NCBI GenBank assembly: GCA_965247095.1
Contig: OZ251997.1
Location: forward strand, 2,595,689 to 2,659,688
DNA length: 64,000 nt
From: Candidatus Multivorans sp.
GTDB taxonomy: Bacteria > Acidobacteriota > Thermoanaerobaculia > Multivoradales > Multivoraceae
Reading direction: 5' to 3'
Positions 35,591-43,599 of the stretch are shown piece by piece (the stretch's first letter is position 1; each line of letters begins with the position of its first letter). The notes under the pieces were generated by a model. The model ran no database searches, was not told the origin of the DNA, and was given only the letters and a program-made list of their open reading frames with translations. The translations under genes were made by a program, and so were the position numbers.

Positions 35591-36643
35591 TCAAGACCGT
35601 GGACCCAGGGTTTCCCCCTCGCCCTGAACCAGCGTCTGATACTCGCCAGGGCGCACATCCGTCCAACGCTCCACCGCGCCGTCGGGCCAGCGGACTTCGA
35701 CGTGGCTGACGCCGGCGTTCTCGCCATCGCCGAGGCCGACGAGCACTCTGGGGTCGCGGGCTGACGCGTTGCTGCCGTCGGTGTGGACGTGGCGCCAGAT
35801 GGGCGGTGCGTCGGCGCGGTGGACCAGGACGTGAGCGCCCAAGGCGTCGCGGTTGTGGGCGACGAGCCGGAGGCCCAGCCACGGGCGGCCTTGGCCGACC
35901 TGGTTCAGCAACAGACGGGTCGGCGCGTTGCTGTTGACGACGACGACATCGAGGTCGCCGTCGTTGTCGACATCGCCGAACGCGGCGGCGCGGCTGACTT
36001 CGGCCGACTCGAAGACGACGCCAGCCTCGGCCGTGACCTCGCGGAAGGCGCCGTCGCCACCATTGCGGAGGAGCTGGTTCGCCTGCCGCAGCGGGTACGG
36101 ATCGCCGGCGCGGATCAGCGCGTCGATGCCGATCACGGCGCCGTTGACGGCGAGCACGTCGAGCCAACTGTCGTTGTCGTAGTCGATCCAGCCGATGCCG
36201 AAGGTGGTGAAGGGGAGGCTGGGGGGCCCGAGTTGCGACGCCGCCGACTCGTCGCGGAACAGGCCGGCGCCGTCGTTGTCGAAGTCGAGCAGGGCCGCGC
36301 CGTAGTAGAGGGTCAGGGCGCTGCCGACGAAGGCCGTCGAGTACGGGATCGCCATGGACATGCGCGTCGCCGGCGCCAGCATGTCGTGCACCTCGATGGT
36401 GAAGCGCAGCGCCTGGTAGGCGAAGACGGCAAGGAAGGCGGCCGAGCTGAGCGCGACCACGGCGCCGATCCAGCGCTGCACCTTGGGCGGAGTCCTGTCG
36501 ACCAGGAACCGGAGCGCGAAGTGGGTGCCGGTCTTCATCGCGTAGGCGGCCGAGAGAGCCGCCAGCCACATGAGGAGAAACCGGGCCAGCTCTTCCGACC
36601 AGGACAGCCTGGTCCGCCACCCGCTCGAGGTGGCGGTGTGCAC
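35591..36643 (-). pseudogene. Chimeric ORF: TRAP small-permease (DctQ) fragment fused in frame to the C-terminal half of a CRTAC1/ASPIC-UnbV protein
   Basis: The N-part WSEELARFLLMWLAALSAAYAMKTGTHFALRFLVDR is DctQ-like and lacks its own N-terminus. The C-part DFDNDG...DVDNDGDLDVVVVNSN...RPWLGLRLV...NRDALGAHV is paralogous to 16733..18598. Confidence 0.6.
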
Positions 36644-36666
36644 GTTGCTGGTCGCCCGTCAATGCA

Positions 36667-37731
36667 CTAGTGCCCGCCCCAGATGTCGCCCACCACGAAG
36701 CCGTTGGGGAACGGGTCCTCCGGGTCGAGGACGTACTGGGCGAAGCCGGTAATCCACGCGGTGCCCGCCAGGGTCGGCACCGCGGCGGCGTAGTCGCCGA
36801 CCTGCGTCTCCCGAATCATGCGGCCCGTGAACGTCGTGCCCAGAATCCCCTCGTGGACGAAGTCCTGGCCGAGCGGCAGCTCGCCCTTGGCCCACATCGC
36901 CGCCATCTTGGCGCAGGTGCCGGTGCCGCAAGGTGAGCGGTCAAGCGCCCCGGTCCAGGTCAGCGGCTTGTTCCAGTCGAGCGTGCCGGTCGACACGATG
37001 ACCGTGTTGCGCCGGTCGGCGCCTGATGTCAGCGGCGGCGCGGAGAGCTGGCCGATCGTGACGCCGCGGATCTGCGGGTTCAGCGGGTGGACGGGCGCGG
37101 GAAGCTGCTCCTGGCAGGCGGCCTTGATCATCTCGCCGACCCGGGCGGCGTCGGCGGCTTCCTCGGGCGCCAGGGTGAGGCCGACCTGATCCGCGTCGGC
37201 GATGACGTAGAACATGCCGCCGTAGGCGACGTCGACCGTGACCTTGCCGAGTTCCGGCACGTCGAGTTCGGCGTCGAGATGGACGGCGAAGGCCGGCACG
37301 TTCTTGAACTCGACCCGCTTCACCTTGCCCCGCTCGACCTCGGCGCGCACTTGGATCAGGCCGGCGGGCGACTCCAGGGTGAGTTCGGTGAGCGGCTCCG
37401 TCGACGCCACCATCCCGGTCTCGATCAGCACGGTAGCGACGGCGATCGTGTTCGTGCCCGACATGCCGGGGTACTCGACCTGCTCCATGATCACGTAGCC
37501 GGCGACCGCATCGGGATGGGTGGCCGGGAGGATCAGGTTGCAGTTCGCCGCCGGATAGCCGCGCGGCTCGCGCAGCATGCGCAGCCGGAGTTCGTCGGCC
37601 TCGGTTTCGAGGTAGCGCATCTTCTCGAACATCGTCGATCCGGGGACGTCGAGGACGCCGCCGACGATCACCCGTCCCGGCTCGCCGCAGACGTGGGTGT
37701 CGACGGCGTGGATGACGTTGGAGACGCGCAT
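36667..37731 (-). CDS. Proline racemase / 4-hydroxyproline epimerase family protein
   Basis: Contains MRVSNVIHAVDTHVCGEPGRVIVGG, MSGTNTIAVATVL and DRSPCGTGTCAKMA. Confidence 0.85.
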   Translation of the reverse strand: MRVSNVIHAVDTHVCGEPGRVIVGGVLDVPGSTMFEKMRYLETEADELRLRMLREPRGYPAANCNLILPATHPDAVAGYVIMEQVEYPGMSGTNTIAVATVLIETGMVASTEPLTELTLESPAGLIQVRAEVERGKVKRVEFKNVPAFAVHLDAELDVPELGKVTVDVAYGGMFYVIADADQVGLTLAPEEAADAARVGEMIKAACQEQLPAPVHPLNPQIRGVTIGQLSAPPLTSGADRRNTVIVSTGTLDWNKPLTWTGALDRSPCGTGTCAKMAAMWAKGELPLGQDFVHEGILGTTFTGRMIRETQVGDYAAAVPTLAGTAWITGFAQYVLDPEDPFPNGFVVGDIWGGH

Positions 37732-37736
37732 CGGAT

Positions 37737-38936
37737 CTAACTCCCGGCTGGTGGAAGAACCGTCATCTTCATCCAGTCCGCCGTGTTGTGAAAGTCCGCC
37801 CGGGAGTTCTCCGGATAGTCGGACTCGCTCAGGTAGCGGCCGGCGAGCACGCCCATCGCCATCGGCGCCCAGGTAATCACGCCCACGCCGAGGCGCTGGC
37901 ACATCGGGATCAGCTCGTTCTCGATCCGGCGGTCGAGCAGGTTGTAGGGCGGTTGCTCGCTGACGAAGCGGGCGTAGCCCTTCAGTTCGCTCGTCATCAC
38001 GGCTTCGGCGACCATCCAGGCCGGGTGGGTCGAGCAGCCGATGTAGCGGATCTTGCCGGTCCGCACCAGGTCGTCCAGAGCTCTCAGGATCTCGTCGAAC
38101 GGGATCTCGGGCGACGGGCGGTGCAGTTGATAGAGGTCGATGTAGTCGGTCTGCAACCTTCGGAGCGACGCCTCGCAGGCGCGGATCAGGTTGAGGCGCG
38201 AGTGGCCGTACTCGTTGGGACCGATGCTGGCGGTGTAGTCCGTAACGCTCTCGCCGACGACTCGCCGCCCGAACGTGGTGTTGAAGAACTCGAGGTCGTC
38301 CTGGATGAACTGGAAGCCCTGCAGTCCCGTTTCGAGAAAGGCCATGTGGTCCGTGCAGCAGGTGTTGCCGGGCACGATCCAGGACATCCCCACATCGTGG
38401 AAGGGCGCCATCCAGGCCTCGAAGATCGGTCGCGCCCTGTCGTTGCCCTGCAGGTAGATGCCTCGGAAGCGGCCGTACCAGTCGACGTTGAAGTACACGG
38501 ACAGGTTCGCGTGCGCGGCCGGCTTCTCGGGCGACTCGGGATCGCCGAAGTGCTCGCGCACGTAGACCCGGGAGCCGAGCAGCCCGCTCTCTTCCGCGCC
38601 CCAGAGCGCTGCTCGGATCGTGCGCCGGGGCTTGAGGTCGAGGGCCCGCAGGAGCCGCATCGCCTCCATCACGATCGCACTGCCCGCCGCGTTGTCGGTG
38701 GCAGCCGTCGTAGGAGGGGAGTTCGCGTACCGGGGACCGTAGACGTCGGTCAGGACGCGGGCGAACTCCATCACCTGGGAGCGCCGAAAGCCCTCGTCGC
38801 GCAGGTCGGCTACGACGGTCTCGGCGCCAGCGGTCGGCTTGCCGTCGCCGTGTTCCTCGGCGCGAGACTCGTTCCCGCCGAGCAGCGCAACGAGCGCGAG
38901 GAGTGCCGGCATCCGGGTGACACCGCGTGCGATCAT
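37737..38936 (-). pseudogene. Chimeric ORF: M28 peptidase fragments fused in frame to aldo/keto reductase fragments
   Basis: A signal peptide is followed by [20 protein letters not shown]...[13 protein letters not shown]...CCTDHMAF (M28). Then comes [31 protein letters not shown]...[13 protein letters not shown] (AKR). This lacks about 87 aa that the paralog 24004..25050 carries between SRAD and FHNT. Confidence 0.6.
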
Positions 38937-38974
38937 CAGCAGCCTGGCACTATACAGCCGTCCCGGGCACACGG

Positions 38975-39006
38975 ATGGCACGCGGGCGTCTCGCCCGCAT
39001 CCGGCG
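38975..39006 (+). repeat. REP-like hairpin element, copy 3
   Basis: GGCACGCGGGCGTCTCGCCCGCATCCGGCGG, with the stem at 38982-38998. Confidence 0.75.
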
Positions 39007-39017
39007 GCGACTACACT

Positions 39018-39500
39018 GCCGCAGTGTCGGCCATCGATTTCGTCCAGCGGATGATCTCGGCCGATTCGGGCCGCTCGGCCAAGCGCGGCTGCTATCTGGC
39101 CGCGGGGCTGACGCTGGTGGTCGGGCTCGCCGTCTCCCTGATCGGGCTGTCGGCGTTCTACTTCGGCCGGGACCCGGGTTCCTCGCTGCTGATCGACCTC
39201 GCCTTGAGCGATCTGCCGGGCCTGGTGGGCGGCGGGATCCTGCTCGGTCTGTTCTGGCGCAAGGCGAACACTCCGGGGGCACTGGCCGGTGTGATTGCCG
39301 GTAGCGTCGCCCGAATGACTCTCCACTTCGCGGTGGCCGATGCGTACCGCGGCCTCGACACCCTGCTGGCGCCGGTCTTCAGCCTGGCCGCCATGGTGAC
39401 CGTGTCGCTGCTGACCCAGGCCGCGTATCGACCGCGGCACGACGAGTTGAAGCGCGTGCCGTCCGAGCGCGATCTTGTGGCTGGCCTGGACGGCGCCTAG
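39018..39500 (+). pseudogene. Sodium:solute symporter (SSF) C-terminal fragment
   Basis: The tail of track ORF 37788..39500 reads [30 protein letters not shown]...[23 protein letters not shown]. There is no N-terminal half and no start. Confidence 0.55.
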
Positions 39501-39535
39501 GAGTCCGCGAGGCGGAGCGATGGGCCACTCTGGAC

Positions 39536-39569
39536 CTGGGAACGCGGGCGTCTCGCCCGCATCCGGCGC
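39536..39569 (+). repeat. REP-like hairpin element, copy 4
   Basis: CTGGGAACGCGGGCGTCTCGCCCGCATCCGGCGC, with the stem at 39544-39560. It abuts the IS630 insertion. Confidence 0.8.
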
Positions 39570-39571
39570 TA

Positions 39572-40708
39572 GTGTAGTGTCTCCGATATGGGTTGACAGT
39601 TTCGGGCAAGTTCGTCAGTATGCCGTTCATGTGGGAACCAGCGGAACGACTTCACATCGAAGAGAGGGATCGAGCGCTTCTCAAGAAATGGGTAGAGGCG
39701 CCGACGACGACGCAACGCACGGTCCGGCGTAGCCGGATCGTGCTCGCTGCGGCGGAGGGCACGGCCAATCGGGCGATTGCGGCGAAACTCGGCGTTTCGC
39801 GGCCCACGGTGCTGCTGTGGCGTCGTCGGTTCGCGGAGGACGGACCTTCGGGGCTGACCAGGGATCGTCCCCGCGGTTGCGGAAAGCCGCCGCTCTCGGA
39901 GTCGGTCGTGCGTAAAGTGATCGAAGCGACGCTGCACGAGAAGCCGCCCGGTCAGACCCACTGGAGCGTGCGTTCGATGGCTCGGGCCCAGGGCATCAGT
40001 CCGGCGGCGGTCCAGCGCATCTGGGTGGCGCACGGGCTGAAGCCCCATCTGGTCAAGACGTTCAAGCTGAGCAACGACCCCAGGTTCGTGGAAAAGCTGC
40101 GGGACGTTGTGGGCCTGTACCGGAATCCGCCCGAGAACGCGCTTGTGCTGTGCGTGGACGAGAAGAGCCAGATCCAGGCTCTGGACCGGACCCAGCCGGG
40201 CTTGCCGCTCAAGCGCGGCCGCGCGGGAACGATGACCCACGACTACAAGCGCAACGGGACGACGACGTTGTTCGCTGCGCTGAACGTGTTGGAGGGCACG
40301 GTGATCGCGGAGTGCATGGGCCGGCAGCGCCACCAGGAGTTTCTCCGTTTCCTCAAGCGTCTCGACCGTGAGATCCCGAAGCATCTCGACCTGCACCTGA
40401 TCCTGGACAACTACCAGACCCACAAACACGACGCCGTGCGCGCATGGCTGGAGCGAAAGCCTCGCTTCCACTTCCATTTCATTCCCACTTCGTCGCCCTG
40501 GCTCAACCTGGTCGAACGCTGGCTGGGCGGTCTGACCACGAAGGCGATCCGGCGCGGTGCATTCCAGAGCGTCAACGACCTCGTAAAGACCATCTACGAC
40601 TACGTGGAGCACAGCAACGAAAACTCCCGGCCGTTCGTCTGGACGGCCACCGCCGACAGCATCATCGCAAAGGTTACACGTGGTAAAGCCATGTTGGAGA
40701 CAGTACAC
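39572..40708 (+). mobile_element. IS630-family insertion sequence
   Basis: Terminal inverted repeats GTGTAGTGTCTCCGATATGG and CCATGTTGGAGACAGTACAC, flanked by TA on both sides (39570-71 and 40709-10). Confidence 0.85.
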
Positions 40709-40711
40709 TAG
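39620..40711 (+). CDS. IS630-family DDE transposase
   Basis: Contains VLCVDEKSQIQALDR, YKRNGTTTLFAAL, LILDNYQTHKH and PTSSPWLNLVERW. The stop TAG is completed by the flanking TA. An alternative TTG start lies at 39593. Confidence 0.85.
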   Translation: MPFMWEPAERLHIEERDRALLKKWVEAPTTTQRTVRRSRIVLAAAEGTANRAIAAKLGVSRPTVLLWRRRFAEDGPSGLTRDRPRGCGKPPLSESVVRKVIEATLHEKPPGQTHWSVRSMARAQGISPAAVQRIWVAHGLKPHLVKTFKLSNDPRFVEKLRDVVGLYRNPPENALVLCVDEKSQIQALDRTQPGLPLKRGRAGTMTHDYKRNGTTTLFAALNVLEGTVIAECMGRQRHQEFLRFLKRLDREIPKHLDLHLILDNYQTHKHDAVRAWLERKPRFHFHFIPTSSPWLNLVERWLGGLTTKAIRRGAFQSVNDLVKTIYDYVEHSNENSRPFVWTATADSIIAKVTRGKAMLETVH

Positions 40712-41080
40712 CAGCAGCCTCGACGAACAGGTTCGGCGCCTGGAGCGCCTGCTCCGACGCGAGCTCGAGGCGGAGGGCCTCAAGGTGGAGGAAGCTGTCG
40801 AGAAGGGCGAACGGGTGCTGGTCATCGGCGAAATGAGGATCTTCCCCCGGCGTCTTCTCGAAGGCCAACTCACGGCAGCCGATACAAGCGACTCGAGCAC
40901 CGTCGACCTCGATTGGCTCGCCGCCGCCCACCGCAGTTACTTCCGCAACCTGCGCCGGTTCCATCCGAGTCTGGTCGTTCGGTAGCAGCGTGCGCGGCAG
41001 GAAGAATCGGCGTACCCCATGTTCTGCGGCGCACGCTTGCATGGAACAAACCCCTCGTCCTGGCCGGCCCTTCGTGCCTA

Positions 41081-41108
41081 ATGCGGGCGAGACGCCCGCG
41101 TTCCCCAG
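41081..41108 (-). repeat. REP-like hairpin element, copy 5 (inside tandem unit 1)
   Basis: ATGCGGGCGAGACGCCCGCGTTCCCCAG is the reverse complement of the REP core. The stem lies at 41083-41099. Confidence 0.75.
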
Positions 41109-41224
41109 GGCGGACCGAAGTAGCGACCACGCTCTTACGGTGTTCCCTGCGCGACAGCGCAGCGATACCGCTGTGGGTACTTGCATGGAACAAACCCCTC
41201 GTCCTGGCCGGCCCTTCGTGCCTA

Positions 41225-41252
41225 ATGCGGGCGAGACGCCCGCGTTCCCCAG
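41225..41252 (-). repeat. REP-like hairpin element, copy 6 (inside tandem unit 2)
   Basis: Same sequence as copy 5, located 144 nt downstream. Confidence 0.75.
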
Positions 41253-41410
41253 GGCGGACCGAAGTAGCGACCACGCTCTTACGGTGTTCCCTGCGCGACA
41301 GCGCAGCGATACCGCTGTGGGTACTTGCATGGAACAAGCCCTGTTCCCTGTGCGTCAGCGCGGCGCGGACGCCGCGACTCGACTCCTAGCCGGCGTACAC
41401 TTGGCGGCCG

Positions 41411-42460
41411 ATGCGGAACGCCTTGGCTCTGGGCCGTCGATCGATCCTGCTAGCGCTCGCGGCGGCCGCGGCCGCGGTGGGCTGCGGCGGTGACGGCCGG
41501 ACGCCGGTGGTCGTCTACTCGCCGCACGGCCGGGATCTTCTGACCGTCGTCGAGCAGGCTTACGAGCAGGCCCGTCCCGATGTCGATGTCCGTTGGCTCG
41601 ACATGGGTTCGCAGGAGGTCTACGACCGCATCCGCTCGGAGCGTGCGAACCCGCAGGCGGACGTGTGGTTCGGCGGCCCGGCGACGATCCTGGCCCGCGG
41701 CGCGGCGGAGGGCCTGCTGGCGCCGTTCGAGCCCTCGTGGGCCGGCGCTCTCGATGCCGCCGACCGGCATCCTGAAGGTCTCTACTACACGCTCTACCAG
41801 ACGCCGACGATCATCGTCTACAACCGCGACGCGATCAGCGCCGAGGAGGCGCCGGCCGACTGGGACGATCTGCTGGACGAGCGCTGGCAGGACGAGATCG
41901 TGATCCGCGACCCGCTCGCCAGCGGCACGATGCGGACGATCTTCGGCAAGATCCTGGCCGACTCGGTGGTCGAGACCGGCAGCACGGAGGCCGGCTTCGA
42001 CTGGTTGCGACGGCTCGACGGACAGACCCGGGAGTACGTGCACAGTCCGGCGGTGCTGCACGAGAAGCTGACCCGCCAGGAGGGTCTGCTCACGCTCTGG
42101 GAAATGACGGACACGCTGTCCCTGATCGACCGGGGCGCGCCCGTGGCGTACCGGTTCCCGGAGAGCGGAACGGCCGTGATCCAGGACTCGGTGGGCGTCG
42201 TCGCGGGCGCCCGCCACCCGGACGCGGCGGCGGCCTTCGTCGAGTGGCTGGGCTCGCCCGAAGCCCTGGGTCTGGCGGTGCGCGAGGCGTTCCGCCTGCC
42301 GGCCCGGGGCGACCTGGACGCGGCGGAGCTCGCGCCCTGGGTGGCGGACGTGCAGTCGCGGCTGCGCCGGGCCGAGGTCGACTGGCAGATGATCGAGGAG
42401 AACGGCAGCGAGTGGATGGCGCAGTGGGACCGGGCCGTTCGCGGCCAGGGCGGAGGATGA
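41411..42460 (+). CDS. ABC transporter periplasmic substrate-binding protein (family 1, Fe3+/thiamine-like)
   Basis: Lipoprotein-like signal AAAAAAVGCGG, followed by VVVYSPHG and ADVWFGGPA. Confidence 0.85.
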   Translation: MRNALALGRRSILLALAAAAAAVGCGGDGRTPVVVYSPHGRDLLTVVEQAYEQARPDVDVRWLDMGSQEVYDRIRSERANPQADVWFGGPATILARGAAEGLLAPFEPSWAGALDAADRHPEGLYYTLYQTPTIIVYNRDAISAEEAPADWDDLLDERWQDEIVIRDPLASGTMRTIFGKILADSVVETGSTEAGFDWLRRLDGQTREYVHSPAVLHEKLTRQEGLLTLWEMTDTLSLIDRGAPVAYRFPESGTAVIQDSVGVVAGARHPDAAAAFVEWLGSPEALGLAVREAFRLPARGDLDAAELAPWVADVQSRLRRAEVDWQMIEENGSEWMAQWDRAVRGQGGG

Positions 42461-43599
42461 GTCTGACGGCGGGCGTCTCCGTCCGGTTCGACGACGTCTT
42501 CAAGTCGTTCGACGACACGGTCGTCCTCGCCGGCGTCTCGCTCACCGTTGAACCAGGTGAGATCTTCGCCCTGCTGGGGCCGAGCGGCAGCGGCAAGACG
42601 ACCATGCTGCGGCTGCTGGCGGGCTTCGAGCAGCTCGACCGCGGCCGCCTGCTGATCGCGGACGAGGCGGTCGAGCACCTGCCGCCCGCCCGCCGCGGCG
42701 TCGGCATGTTGTTCCAGAGCTACGCGCTCTTCCCGCATCTGAGCGTGGCGGAGAACGTGGCCTTCGGTCTCAAGGTCCGCGGCGGCGGGCAGGGCGAGGT
42801 GCAGGGGCGGGTGGCCGAGATGCTCGAGCTCGTGCGCCTCGGCGGTTTCGAGGCGCGCCGCATCGCCGAGCTCTCGGGCGGCCAGCAGCAGCGGGTCGCC
42901 CTGGCCCGGGCATTGGCGCCGCGGCCGCGGGTGCTGCTGCTGGACGAGCCGCTATCGAACCTCGATCCGGCGCTGCGTGAGGAGACCCGCGCAGATCTGC
43001 GCCGTGCGGTCAAGCAGACCGGCATCACGACGGTGCTGGTCACCCACGAACAGGAGGAGGCGTTCGAGCTCGGCGAACGGATCGGGGTTCTCAACGGCGG
43101 CCGCCTGGAGCAGGTCGCGGCGCCCGCCGAGCTGTACCAGGATCCGGCTTCGCGCTTTGTGGCGACGTTCGTCGGCCGCTGCTCCGTGCTGCCGGGGGTG
43201 GTCGAAGCCGGGGGCGACGGCGGCGCGCTCGACGTTCGGATCGAATCGCAGGGGGCGCCGCAGGTCTGGCGTTGCCGGGGCGGCGACGGGATCGGGGCCG
43301 GCGACCGGGTCGATGTCTGCGTTCGCCCGGAATCCCTGGAGCTGGCGACGGGCGCGGGCGCCGGGCTGGCGGGCGAGATCGCCGCGGAGCGCTACACCGG
43401 CAGCAACAGCTTCTACACGGTTCGGTTGACCACGCCGTCGGGCGGGTCGGGGGCCGCGTCGCGTTCGGTCACCGTCGAGGTGGCGATGCCCGGCACCGCG
43501 GCCGGTCTGACCGGCGCCTGCGTGGTGCGACCGCTTCCGGAGGAGCCGCCGTGCGTTTTCGCGGCCGGGGCAGCCGGGGCAACCGGGGCCGAACCTTGA
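42457..43599 (+). CDS. ABC transporter ATP-binding protein
   Basis: Contains GPSGSGKTT, LSGGQQQRVALARAL and LLLDEPLSNLD. The ATG overlaps the upstream stop (ATGA). Confidence 0.9.
   Translation: MSLTAGVSVRFDDVFKSFDDTVVLAGVSLTVEPGEIFALLGPSGSGKTTMLRLLAGFEQLDRGRLLIADEAVEHLPPARRGVGMLFQSYALFPHLSVAENVAFGLKVRGGGQGEVQGRVAEMLELVRLGGFEARRIAELSGGQQQRVALARALAPRPRVLLLDEPLSNLDPALREETRADLRRAVKQTGITTVLVTHEQEEAFELGERIGVLNGGRLEQVAAPAELYQDPASRFVATFVGRCSVLPGVVEAGGDGGALDVRIESQGAPQVWRCRGGDGIGAGDRVDVCVRPESLELATGAGAGLAGEIAAERYTGSNSFYTVRLTTPSGGSGAASRSVTVEVAMPGTAAGLTGACVVRPLPEEPPCVFAAGAAGATGAEP

Larger units (their letters stand above)
41037..41370. repeat. 144-bp tandem direct repeat (2 full units plus a rearranged third)
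   Basis: Units start with TTGCATGGAACAA at 41037, 41181 and 41325. The two full units are near-identical. Each carries an inverted-orientation REP hairpin. Confidence 0.85.

Noticed and set aside
40712-40985. The ORF tail after IS630 (SSLDEQVRRLERLLRRELEAEGLKVEE...DLDWLAAAHRSYFRNLRRFHPSLVVR) as the 3' part of a gene disrupted by the IS.
   Set aside because: It is protein-like, but the sequence before the IS is a REP copy and a symporter fragment, not a matching 5' part. No family was recognised, so I left it unannotated.
41037-41370. The tandem repeat as a CRISPR array.
   Set aside because: - The period is 144 bp with whole-unit identity.
- There are no short repeats alternating with unique spacers.
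- There are no cas genes in the window.
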